From Candidatus Jorgensenbacteria bacterium (lineage in GTDB: Bacteria; Patescibacteriota; Minisyncoccia; UBA6257; GWB1-50-10): a stretch of 37,678 bases of DNA. The translations under genes were made by a program, and so were the position numbers. The stretch lies in NCBI GenBank assembly GCA_016234345.1, contig JACRFG010000076.1:1-37678 (forward strand), given 5' to 3'. This document shows, in pieces, positions 24,672-33,696 of the stretch. Numbering within the stretch: position 1 is the stretch's first letter; each line of letters starts with the position of its first letter. The notes below the pieces were generated by a model, which did not search any database, was not told where the DNA came from, and worked only from the letters and a program-made list of their open reading frames with translations.

Positions 24672-25559
24672 ATCTTTATAGTTAAACACTATAGGACTTA
24701 TAGAACCAAAAATAGCTCGAGCGTTATCTAATATTTGCTCTCTCATCTTTTCAAAAGAACATCCTTTTAAATCGGCTAGCCCACGCACTATTTCAATAAC
24801 GTATGCCGGTTCATTACGTTTACCGCGATATGGCACCGGTGAAACGTAAGGCGCGTCTGTTTCGGATAATATCCTATCAATGGGAATATATCGAACAACT
24901 TCATCATACGCCCGAACAAAAGTTATAACCCCGCCAAAAGTAAAATAAAATCCCAGATCAACCAATTTTTTGGCATCATCCATCGTGCCGCTGAAAAAAT
25001 GTATAATTCCCGGCCGGCTATTTAGCATATTGGATTTTAAATACAAAATATCAATCAGATCGGAAAAAGCCTCCCGGCAATGAATCATAAGGGGTTTTTT
25101 TGACTCACGACTAAGTTCGATCTGCGCCAAAAAAGCGTCTTTCTGTTTCTCAACGTACGATACTCTGTCAAAATCTTTTGGCAAATGATAGTAGTCCAAC
25201 CCACACTCGCCGATAGCCAAAACCTTGGGATGCCGGACTAAGACTTTGTAGTAATCAAAATTGAATGATTCGGCACGACTGATAAATCCTTGGGTTGGCA
25301 AACCGCCAAGTTCTTTCGGGTCGTGGTATGAATGAAAAGTATGTATCGGATGAAGACCGATCACGGCGTAAACCGGATCTTGTTTATATTCTTCTGCAAT
25401 CTCAACAGCTCGCCGAGAAGTGTCTTCTTGAGTTCCCACATTCACAAGCCCAACGCCACTAGTAAGTGCTCGGGCTATAACGTCGCGATAATCTTTTTCA
25501 AAAGCAGCGAACTGAACATGGGTATGAGCATCTAAGTAGTGAATTCGCATGGGTTGCAT
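24669..25559 (-). CDS. TatD-family metal-dependent hydrolase
   Basis: LDAHTHV (HxH), GECGLDY, MIHCREAF, IIHFFSG and SETDAPY. An alternative start is the ATG at 25550. Confidence 0.8.
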   Translation of the reverse strand: MQPMRIHYLDAHTHVQFAAFEKDYRDVIARALTSGVGLVNVGTQEDTSRRAVEIAEEYKQDPVYAVIGLHPIHTFHSYHDPKELGGLPTQGFISRAESFNFDYYKVLVRHPKVLAIGECGLDYYHLPKDFDRVSYVEKQKDAFLAQIELSRESKKPLMIHCREAFSDLIDILYLKSNMLNSRPGIIHFFSGTMDDAKKLVDLGFYFTFGGVITFVRAYDEVVRYIPIDRILSETDAPYVSPVPYRGKRNEPAYVIEIVRGLADLKGCSFEKMREQILDNARAIFGSISPIVFNYKD

Positions 25560-25625
25560 TTACTACAGTTCTTATTCTACCATGGGTGATAGTAGTTTTA
25601 CGTATTATATAGAAAGGAATTACGA

Positions 25626-26309
25626 ATGCGTTGGCGTGCGCTTATCCTTGATTGGAACGGAACGGTGCTTGATGATCTTCCGGTTGTATATGGCAGTGTA
25701 ATCGAAATATTCAGGGCTTACGGCTTACCGCCGCCGTCACTCCAGAGCTACAAAGAAGAAATAACTGCTGATTTTATTCAATTCTACTGCGGCCACGGTA
25801 TCCCCAAACCTAAAAACGAAGCCGAACTTAACACTTTACGAACCACACTGAATCAGATCAGAAAACATTATTTCTTGAAACACTGGAATGAAGTGAAAGT
25901 GCGGCCGGGAACGCGAGAACTTTTAATTCTTGCCCAAAAAACAGGAATGCAAACAGCAATTGTAAGTGCCGAGGTAGAAGAAGTTCTCGAAAAACGCCTT
26001 TTCGATTTTGCCCTGACTGATCTTTTTGATCGCGTCGAAGGCAATGCCTGGGATAAAGAACGGGCCCTTGTAAACACTTTTGACTTCTTTGGTCTTAAAG
26101 CCGAAGAGACTGTTTATATTGATGATACTTTTGACGGATTAACTGCTGCCAACAACGTCGGCGCGGGAACAATCGGCTTCACAGACGGTTATAATACCGA
26201 AGAAAGAATCAGAGCCGCTAAACCGAACTTCCCAAACGGAACGCTGTCAAAGATCGATTCTATGCAACAAGTTATCGCTATTATTAAACATGTTAACTGG
26301 GGGGTCTGA
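25626..26309 (+). CDS. HAD-superfamily hydrolase (phosphoglycolate-phosphatase-like fold), motif I is D-W-N
   Basis: Motif I LILDWNGTVLDD, motif II AIVSAE, motif III/IV K..VYIDDTFDG. AAAGGA SD. Confidence 0.7.
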   Translation: MRWRALILDWNGTVLDDLPVVYGSVIEIFRAYGLPPPSLQSYKEEITADFIQFYCGHGIPKPKNEAELNTLRTTLNQIRKHYFLKHWNEVKVRPGTRELLILAQKTGMQTAIVSAEVEEVLEKRLFDFALTDLFDRVEGNAWDKERALVNTFDFFGLKAEETVYIDDTFDGLTAANNVGAGTIGFTDGYNTEERIRAAKPNFPNGTLSKIDSMQQVIAIIKHVNWGV

Positions 26310-26896
26310 TGAAATTAATAGTTGGGCTCGTTGGTGAAATAAAGGCCGGCAAAGAAACGACAGTAAGGCATATCAAGAAATATCTACCAAAACAGTTCAC
26401 GTTTAGTCATCTCCGATTTTCAGACACTCTCGCTCAAACTCTTGATCTATGGGGTGCTCCGAAAAACAGGCACAATCTTCAAAATCTTGTAGTTAAAATG
26501 GAAGAGGTTTTGGGCGAAGGCGCTTTAAGCCGAGCTATGGCTTTACGCATACAAAATGACCGAGCAAATATCACTGTGGTAGACGGAATACGTTGGTGGA
26601 GCGACGTGCACATGATAAAATCTTTCAATCCATCAGTTATGGTGTATATCACCGCCAATCGCCAAGAACGATACATTAGAACAGTCCGTGCCAACGACAA
26701 GGTCGGCGATCCCAAAAAAACCTGGGAAGAATTCGTCGTAGAAGATGAAGCTCATAATGAACGTTTTATCGGTGAGATAGGCAGAAAAGCAGCCGACTAT
26801 ATCATAGTAAACAACGGTAGGGAAGAAGAATTCCGGGATAATATCCGGCAACTCTTCAATGAAAAAATCAAATCCTTGCTTCAAGCGGAACAGTAA
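26309..26896 (+). CDS. P-loop kinase-like protein (dNMP-kinase/dephospho-CoA-kinase-like)
   Basis: MKLIVGLVGEIKAGKETT is a Walker A with GKET. VVDGIRWWSDV resembles the DxR lid region of small nucleotide kinases. Its start overlaps the HAD stop (TGATG). Confidence 0.55.
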   Translation: MKLIVGLVGEIKAGKETTVRHIKKYLPKQFTFSHLRFSDTLAQTLDLWGAPKNRHNLQNLVVKMEEVLGEGALSRAMALRIQNDRANITVVDGIRWWSDVHMIKSFNPSVMVYITANRQERYIRTVRANDKVGDPKKTWEEFVVEDEAHNERFIGEIGRKAADYIIVNNGREEEFRDNIRQLFNEKIKSLLQAEQ

Positions 26897-26909
26897 TGTT
26901 CCGCTTTTT
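26884..26909. terminator. Intrinsic terminator between convergent genes
   Basis: AGCGGAACA-gtaa-TGTTCCGCT followed by TTTTTA. The stem contains the kinase stop codon. Confidence 0.65.
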
Positions 26910-28371
26910 ATTTATTACTCGTCTCCAGTCTGGGAAAAAGATTGTCCGGTTTTTTTACAGTAAGGCTACTACCATCCCACACTATGGAATCGTTTATCTT
27001 TTTAGCTGTATTCGGTAAAAACGGGCCAAGCAACAAAGCTACAGCACCTAAAATCGTGACCAAATCAAATAATGCTTTTTTCTTCTCTTTTTCATCAATC
27101 ATAGCCCACGGTTTTTTATCGTTTACATACGAATCTCCGAAGCCGATCAAATTCCAAATGGCTGCTAGCGCTTCATGAAATTTATATTCATCAATTTTTT
27201 GAGCTACGCTATTTTTAGCCTTCTCAATTTTTTCGATAATGGACTCTTGGGCTTTTGCCATACCAGCAAAATCCACTGGAGCAGCCAGAGTTAACACCCG
27301 CGCCACAAAATTACCCAAACCATTAGCCAGGTCGCTCGCATACCGCTCCTCAAATTTCTGATGACTGAAATCACCATCATCGTACGATGGAACTTCCCGG
27401 AGAAAATAATATCGAACTGGATCGGTTCCATACTGTCGAACAAGTGCAAACGGATCGACGACATTACCAACCGTCTTAGACATCTTCTGACCATCAACAG
27501 TTATAAACCCGTGAACGAATAAGGATTTGGGTAGTTCAAGGCCAGCCGCAAGAAGCATGCCCGGCCAAATTGCCGCATGAAACCTAAGGTTATCTTTACC
27601 TAAAACGTGCAAATCAGCTGGCCACCATTTCTGCCACCCATCATCACGACCGTAACCAATAGCCGAAATATAGTTAGTGAGCGCGTCACACCACACATAC
27701 ATAACATGATCGGCGTCGTTCGGTACGGGTATACCCCAAGAAAGCATTTGGGTTGGACGAGAAAAACTTACATCCTCTAAACCCGTTTTAATGAATTCAA
27801 TAATTTCGTTCTTACGCGATACCGGAACTATTCTCATGATATCGTTTTGAATCGCATCTCTAATTTTTTCCGAATATTTCGAAAGCTTAAAAAAATAATT
27901 CTCTTCATCGATAACTTCCGGAGCTTTCTTATGAAGAAGGCATTTGCCATCCACTAAATCTTTTTGAGTAATAAAGGCTTCATGGCCGGCACAATAAAAG
28001 CCGCGATAGCGTTTTTTGTAAATATCCCCAGCCTCAAGTAGGCGCTGCCATAATAAGGTGGCGCCCGGCCAATGACGTTTATGATCAGTAGTTTGAATAA
28101 AATCATCCCACGACAAATCAAGGGCCTCACGCATACTTCGGAATTTAGCTGCATTCATATCAGCTAATTCTTGCGGTGTTTTACCTGAACTCTCCGCAGT
28201 TCGAACCACATTTACACCATGTTCATCGGTTCCAGTCAAAAACCAAACATCGTCGCCTCTAAAGCGGCGGTTTCTGGCAATGACGTCGGCCCAAACTTTC
28301 TGAATAGCGTGACCGATATGTGGCGGACCATTGACGTAATCAATGGCGGTAGTGATATAAAACTTTCCCAT
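26908..28371 (-). CDS. metG: Methionine--tRNA ligase (short form without C-terminal tRNA-binding domain)
   Basis: HIGH motif (GPPHIGHA), KMSKS motif (GQKMSKTVGN), 487 aa. Confidence 0.95.
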   Translation of the reverse strand: MGKFYITTAIDYVNGPPHIGHAIQKVWADVIARNRRFRGDDVWFLTGTDEHGVNVVRTAESSGKTPQELADMNAAKFRSMREALDLSWDDFIQTTDHKRHWPGATLLWQRLLEAGDIYKKRYRGFYCAGHEAFITQKDLVDGKCLLHKKAPEVIDEENYFFKLSKYSEKIRDAIQNDIMRIVPVSRKNEIIEFIKTGLEDVSFSRPTQMLSWGIPVPNDADHVMYVWCDALTNYISAIGYGRDDGWQKWWPADLHVLGKDNLRFHAAIWPGMLLAAGLELPKSLFVHGFITVDGQKMSKTVGNVVDPFALVRQYGTDPVRYYFLREVPSYDDGDFSHQKFEERYASDLANGLGNFVARVLTLAAPVDFAGMAKAQESIIEKIEKAKNSVAQKIDEYKFHEALAAIWNLIGFGDSYVNDKKPWAMIDEKEKKKALFDLVTILGAVALLLGPFLPNTAKKINDSIVWDGSSLTVKKPDNLFPRLETSNK

Positions 28372-28374
28372 TGT

Positions 28375-29397
28375 TTATAAACCAAGCGGCGTACGTTCGG
28401 TCTTTCGTTCGGATAAATAATTAAATATTTCCTGGGCCATAAGCGCCGAAGGCACCGCAAGAACCACTCCAACAAACCCGGCCACTTGACCACCGGCCAA
28501 AATAGAAACAATTACAAGGACCGGATGAACTTTTATCGCTTTACCCATAACCACAGGTATCAAAAGATGATTCTCCAACTGCTGAACACCAACAAAGAAA
28601 AGTAGGGCATAAAAACCCAAACCCAGAGAATCGGAAACCGCAAGTAGGAACGCTATGGTGCCAGTGACTATCGGACCCACAAGAGGCACGAGCTCCAAAA
28701 CACCGGCCAGAACACCCAAAACCAGAGGATAACGAACACCAAGAAACATCATACCGAAACCGACCACCACACCGATAATAAGACTTAAAATCAACTGCGC
28801 CCCAAACCATTTTCTTATTTTTATTTTAAAACGATTAAAAACGGTGAGTATCGGGCGTTCATATATATCGGGAATAAGAACTCGAAGAAACTTTTCTACG
28901 CCATCCTTTTCTAACGTGAGATAAAAAGCCGCTACAATAGTCGAAAAGAAAAGCACAACGCGAGAAAACACCGCGCTAAAAGCGCCGGCAATAGAAACAT
29001 TGATCGTGGAAAGAAAACCAAGCGCGCGATCAAGGCTTAAACTAAAATTCTTAACTATCGCGGCAGGAAGATTCACGCCAAAAATAGTTGATAGAGTACT
29101 GTCAAAATGTTCGACAAAACCGCCGATTTCGACAACTACGATTGGAACAATAAAATAGACAATCGTTGAAAAAACTAAAAGTCCTAGAAAAAAAACAATG
29201 AAAGTACCGAGGAGTCGATTTATTTTACGACTTTCAAGAAACATCACGATCGGCTCGAGACCAAGAGATATAACAACAGCAACAAGGAGAGCTCCCCAAA
29301 CTTGACGCGCAAGATACGCAATAACGATTAGTATCGCAAAAACACAAATACGCCAGAGCGATCGCCAGCTAAGATCGAGATGAGTATGATCAGTCAT
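28375..29397 (-). CDS. AI-2E (PerM/YhhT) family transporter
   Basis: About 8 TM segments. The characteristic LELVPLVGPIVTG and ..LENHLLIPVVMGK.. blocks are present. Confidence 0.8.
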   Translation of the reverse strand: MTDHTHLDLSWRSLWRICVFAILIVIAYLARQVWGALLVAVVISLGLEPIVMFLESRKINRLLGTFIVFFLGLLVFSTIVYFIVPIVVVEIGGFVEHFDSTLSTIFGVNLPAAIVKNFSLSLDRALGFLSTINVSIAGAFSAVFSRVVLFFSTIVAAFYLTLEKDGVEKFLRVLIPDIYERPILTVFNRFKIKIRKWFGAQLILSLIIGVVVGFGMMFLGVRYPLVLGVLAGVLELVPLVGPIVTGTIAFLLAVSDSLGLGFYALLFFVGVQQLENHLLIPVVMGKAIKVHPVLVIVSILAGGQVAGFVGVVLAVPSALMAQEIFNYLSERKTERTPLGL

Positions 29398-29401
29398 AAA
29401 A

Positions 29402-30682
29402 TTATATCTTCAATATAGCATTGAAGGTTCTGTCTTTGAAAGGACCAATGAGAGCGAGGTTTAGCCGGTTATTTACAAAAAGCTCCTTAGCAACAGCTTG
29501 GATTTCATCAGCTGTTACTAATTTAATTTTTTCGGCCGCAACCTGCGGCGTTTCAAGCGATACTCCCATCACTTCTTGACCGCCGTAGAAATAACCAAGT
29601 TCATCCGAAGTCTCAACCGAAAGGAAAAGATTCCCGACCAAATGATCTTTAGCGCGTTCCAATTCTTTAATTGGTACGGGTTCGTCTTTAAACCGACTAT
29701 ATTCACGAAGTACGGCGCTAATGACCGCCTCCAATTTAGTATGATCAACACCGGCCGCTGCAGCGATGAGACCGTGATCAGAAAAAAGATCGGGCGAAGC
29801 GTTTACATAGTAAGCAGCGCCCATTTCTTCACGAACTTTCTGAAATAATCTCGAACTCATTCCCCCGCCTAAAATATCGGAAAGGACTTGAAGCGCGTAC
29901 CGGCGTTTATCAAATACATCAAAAGCACGAAAGCCTAAAATAAAATGGGTTTGATCGGATTCCTTAAATCGCACAAGCTCGGATGGTTTATCTTGGGCTT
30001 CAATAACTTTGACCTTGCCTCCTTTTCCTCCTTCGTGCAAAGAAGTAAAATACGATTCAATGCGATCGGCAATATTTTTCTGTTCTGCCTCTCCCGCATG
30101 AGCGCCAGCCACAACAACGATTGTCGATTGGGGCAAATAATGCATATTACGGTAGGTTGTGAAATCATCTCGCGTTATCTTTCGAATAACGTCTTTCTGT
30201 CCACCTATAGGCCACCCGGCCGGCTGATCGCCATAGACGATTTCCATAAAAAGCTCTTGGACTTTGCGCTGTGGTATGTCTTCATACATATTTAACTCCT
30301 CGATGATTACGCCTTTCTCTTTTTCAATTTCTTGCTCCTCAAAAGTCGGGTTTAAATATAAATCTGCCACAAGATCTAGAATTTTATCAAAAGCCTCATT
30401 CTTGGCTTTGGCATAATAACTTGTAAATTCGTGGCTCGTGAATGCGTTATACTGCGCTCCCAAACCATCTAACTCGCCGGCAATATCAATGGGTCGTGGA
30501 CGCTTTATAGTTCCCTTAAAACACATGTGTTCTAAAAAATGCGAAAGGCCATTTTTGTCTTTTGATTCATATTTTGAACCAGCTTCAACAAGCACCATAA
30601 CAGTCGTAGCCAAACTCGACGGCTGCGGCACAAAAATAAGACGCAGGCCGTTTTTCAATTTAATACGATTAAAACTTTCCAT
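29402..30682 (-). CDS. M16-family (pitrilysin-like) zinc peptidase
   Basis: HxxEH motif in GLSHFLEHMCFKG with a downstream Glu region. Two-domain size (426 aa). Confidence 0.85.
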   Translation of the reverse strand: MESFNRIKLKNGLRLIFVPQPSSLATTVMVLVEAGSKYESKDKNGLSHFLEHMCFKGTIKRPRPIDIAGELDGLGAQYNAFTSHEFTSYYAKAKNEAFDKILDLVADLYLNPTFEEQEIEKEKGVIIEELNMYEDIPQRKVQELFMEIVYGDQPAGWPIGGQKDVIRKITRDDFTTYRNMHYLPQSTIVVVAGAHAGEAEQKNIADRIESYFTSLHEGGKGGKVKVIEAQDKPSELVRFKESDQTHFILGFRAFDVFDKRRYALQVLSDILGGGMSSRLFQKVREEMGAAYYVNASPDLFSDHGLIAAAAGVDHTKLEAVISAVLREYSRFKDEPVPIKELERAKDHLVGNLFLSVETSDELGYFYGGQEVMGVSLETPQVAAEKIKLVTADEIQAVAKELFVNNRLNLALIGPFKDRTFNAILKI

Positions 30683-30706
30683 AATAATTATGTAAAAATG
30701 ATACTG

Positions 30707-30742
30707 TACAAAAACAAAAACAGCAACTTCGTTTGCTGTTTT
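30707..30742 (-). terminator. Intrinsic terminator after the 935-aa gene
   Basis: On the minus strand, AAAACAGCAA-6 nt-TTGCTGTTTT is followed by TGTTTTTGT. Confidence 0.65.
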
Positions 30743-30788
30743 GTGTCCAAACTATCGAAGGTTTTATATCTTACTCGATGCAATCACA

Positions 30789-33596
30789 TTAATTAACAGC
30801 CGTGCTTCCACTCACTATCACCGTAAAACCGTGAGTCGCGCCGCCACCACGACCATCACTAACTTCAACACCCACCAAGTAAGACCCCGGCGCGGTCCAT
30901 GCCTTCCAAGTTTGAAAAAGTGAACAGTTTGATTCGTACGTACTGCAACCACCGCTTACTGAACTCACGTTCGTACCATCCCCCCACTTCACAATCCAAG
31001 AAAGATAGTCATTGTCCGGATCTAAAGCTTTCCACCCAAGCGAAACACCTTGTCCGACTACAGCATTTAGCGTCCCACCGGAATCAACTGGACTTGCAGT
31101 AATCTTCGGTGGAGTATTCGTTTGATTAGCAGCAACGCTTACGGTTACAGTTGATACTGCTGTTGCGCCTTTATCATCTTTAACTGTAAAAGTAATTTTA
31201 TATGTCCCAGCGTTCACATAACTGTGAGTGAATGATGATTCTTGTTTAGCTGCCGAACCGCCAACGCTTTCGCTCGCAGACGCAGGATATCCATCGCCCC
31301 AATTAATTCCGTAGTAGAGATATCCTCCCTCTGGATCATACGCCGAAACATTCCATGTACCGACTTCGCCAACCCGAAGCGTTGTAGGCCCTCCAACGCC
31401 AACAATGACCGGAGATTTATTTTCCGACGACGGCGCAAAATCATTACACTTCACAAACTCATGGTTATGATCGCCAAAATAAGCCCAGACGCGACGGGGC
31501 ACGCCGTCGTTCTTCCAATCAACATCATCAACACCAGGCGTATACCATTCAGACCAGCCTCCCGAAAACCACTGAATCCTATATTTCATAATCTCCGGAT
31601 ACGATGATGTATCAAGACCAAGATTGCTAAATTCTCTTGTATAGAGCGGTGCACGACGAACGGTTTCGGTGGTTGTTCTACACGTACGCTCAACAACACC
31701 AGACGTTACAGAAATATAGCCTCCCGACCACCCTTCATAAGCTGGCTTTTCCGGATCATCGCCAACCCATACCCGAACACGCAATTTTTTACCGACAAGT
31801 CCCGAATCGGAAACAATATATGACGTTCTCCCGAACCGATAATCATCTTTATTCACAAAAGTATCGTTGGCCTGCCACTTAACAACCGTTGTTCCCTGTT
31901 CATCAACGAGCGAGAGCCACGGCCGGTAATACCAAAACTGCGTACTCACGCCAGTAGTATTCCAACCGATTGCATACGTTTTCCCGACTTGCCACTCTTC
32001 ACCGCCGGCTGGCGAATTCACCTGAATTTGTCCGGTTACCGGTGGCTGAACTTGACTCCCAACAATTGAAAACAAAGCACTCATACCACTCACGCCGGTT
32101 TCTTGAACCTGTACCGTAATCTGTTGTTTGCCTCGATACATTTCCGGCAAATCCGAAGGAACTTTCCATTCGTAGGAACCATTGTTCATGGCACCTTTCA
32201 CGATGACATAGGGCTTAACCAGCTGAAAGGCACAGGTTGCGCCGAGAGATAAAGGCGGACAGGAAGGCTGCGGCGGCTCGAGCGTAATCGAGACGAGCTC
32301 AAATGCCTTGCCCAAAGGCGACGGCGGCACGCTCCACCTTATTACATAACTCTTACCCGCATACCATTCTTCACCATACCCAGGCGAATACACTTTTAAT
32401 TCTGCCGATGGAGGTGGCGTATCAACTATAGAAACTATTGAAAACGGATTGCTGGAACTAAAACCTCCCTCGCCATCTGAAATGTAGAACTGATATTTAC
32501 CTTTAAGATTGCTCGGAACAAAAAATGGGTATGTCCCGACGTTTTCAAAACTACCGCTTATCCAACTCTTAGAAGCGGAAGCGGCTGCGATCGAAAGATC
32601 AATGAGCGTAAGCTCAACACGCTTTGATCCGCCAGTCCATGCAACCTTGTAAGTATGACCTTGCCGCCATTCTTCTCCGTACGCCGGTGAATAAAATTGA
32701 ATCTTTGAGGTGGGTGGCTGTATAACATTGTCGATTAACGCAACCTTATGAGCGGTTAAGGCCCAGAAACCTCCTTCTAAATTCAGGTATTCGGCCTTAC
32801 CGCTGATTACAACACGGCGATTCTCAAATTTCTTGAGCGAATTCAATGCCTCATCGCTTGCTGCCTGAACTCTATACGAACCCCTATCGATATCACTTGC
32901 ATCTAAAATATGTGTTCCCCACATCTGAATGCTCGGGCCGGATACTTTGAGAAGTCCTTTAAATGTATCGGATCGGGGCGGTACTGGCTGAATACGACCG
33001 CATTCTTCAAAATATTGACTCATGATTTTCTGAATATGTCCAAGTGTTGTATCGTCGAGCATGCCAGTCAGAGAAATATTATTGGCTTTTTGGAATCGTT
33101 CGACCGCAGCTTGTGTGCGTTTACCGAAATAACCCGTGATCAAACCTTCCGGATAATGTCCAGATTTATTGAGTAACATTTGAAGAAGGAAAACCGCATC
33201 GTGGCGGCTACCAAATTTTAGCACCGGCAATTTACACGACACATAGGGATTACCCGGTAATTCATCAAGCACTACAAAATTTTCTCCCCCACCCACCGTG
33301 GGTGGCACCGCAACCTTAAGCGGTTCGTTTGTAGGAAGAGAGGGAATGGGCGGTGTTACACTTGGGGGCTTAGACGGCGAAAGAGTTGCTGACACCGAAC
33401 TTTGCTGATCGACTTTACGCAATTCTTCAACCTTCTTCTTAAGCGCTTCGATTTGCGCCTGAAGTTTGCTCACAATCGAAGAAAGTTGGGCTAGCTGTGG
33501 AACCCCGCTTGTTTGTGCCTCAACCGCAGGTGTTACAGTAAATACTCCACCGACGACCACCAAACCAACCAAGCTCGCAATAAAAATCTTCTTCAT
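30789..33596 (-). CDS. Giant cell-wall-binding surface protein (935 aa)
   Basis: Signal peptide MKKIFIASLVGLVVVGGVFTVTPAVEA, then a heptad-like helix (LQAQIEALKKKVEELRK) and a Pro-rich linker. The peptidoglycan-binding domain 1 motif is GSRHDAVFLLQMLLNKSGHYP..GYFGKRTQAAVERFQ..LTG. Three Ig-like units carry SP(A/G)xGEEW. Two PKD-like units follow (NWGDGY..FTHSY..GTYKITFTVKDDKG; KWGDGT..). Confidence 0.85.
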   Translation of the reverse strand: MKKIFIASLVGLVVVGGVFTVTPAVEAQTSGVPQLAQLSSIVSKLQAQIEALKKKVEELRKVDQQSSVSATLSPSKPPSVTPPIPSLPTNEPLKVAVPPTVGGGENFVVLDELPGNPYVSCKLPVLKFGSRHDAVFLLQMLLNKSGHYPEGLITGYFGKRTQAAVERFQKANNISLTGMLDDTTLGHIQKIMSQYFEECGRIQPVPPRSDTFKGLLKVSGPSIQMWGTHILDASDIDRGSYRVQAASDEALNSLKKFENRRVVISGKAEYLNLEGGFWALTAHKVALIDNVIQPPTSKIQFYSPAYGEEWRQGHTYKVAWTGGSKRVELTLIDLSIAAASASKSWISGSFENVGTYPFFVPSNLKGKYQFYISDGEGGFSSSNPFSIVSIVDTPPPSAELKVYSPGYGEEWYAGKSYVIRWSVPPSPLGKAFELVSITLEPPQPSCPPLSLGATCAFQLVKPYVIVKGAMNNGSYEWKVPSDLPEMYRGKQQITVQVQETGVSGMSALFSIVGSQVQPPVTGQIQVNSPAGGEEWQVGKTYAIGWNTTGVSTQFWYYRPWLSLVDEQGTTVVKWQANDTFVNKDDYRFGRTSYIVSDSGLVGKKLRVRVWVGDDPEKPAYEGWSGGYISVTSGVVERTCRTTTETVRRAPLYTREFSNLGLDTSSYPEIMKYRIQWFSGGWSEWYTPGVDDVDWKNDGVPRRVWAYFGDHNHEFVKCNDFAPSSENKSPVIVGVGGPTTLRVGEVGTWNVSAYDPEGGYLYYGINWGDGYPASASESVGGSAAKQESSFTHSYVNAGTYKITFTVKDDKGATAVSTVTVSVAANQTNTPPKITASPVDSGGTLNAVVGQGVSLGWKALDPDNDYLSWIVKWGDGTNVSSVSGGCSTYESNCSLFQTWKAWTAPGSYLVGVEVSDGRGGGATHGFTVIVSGSTAVN

Positions 33597-33659
33597 ATAA
33601 ATACTTAAAATTTGTGACCTTTTGTGTTAAGTATACGCCATTCAATAAAAATTGTTACT

Positions 33660-33690
33660 GCACACAAACCCCGACGTAGCGTCGGGGTTT
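33660..33690 (-). terminator. Intrinsic terminator after the 1254-aa gene
   Basis: AAACCCCGACG-tag-CGTCGGGGTTT is followed on the minus strand by GTGTG. Confidence 0.6.
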
Positions 33691-33696
33691 ATATGC

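Noticed and set aside
30683-30713. Leaderless promoter for the M16 peptidase gene (CATAAT close to the ATG)
   Set aside because: Only 4 nt separate the box from the ATG, so a transcript would start inside the coding sequence. The geometry is inconsistent with the other four cases.
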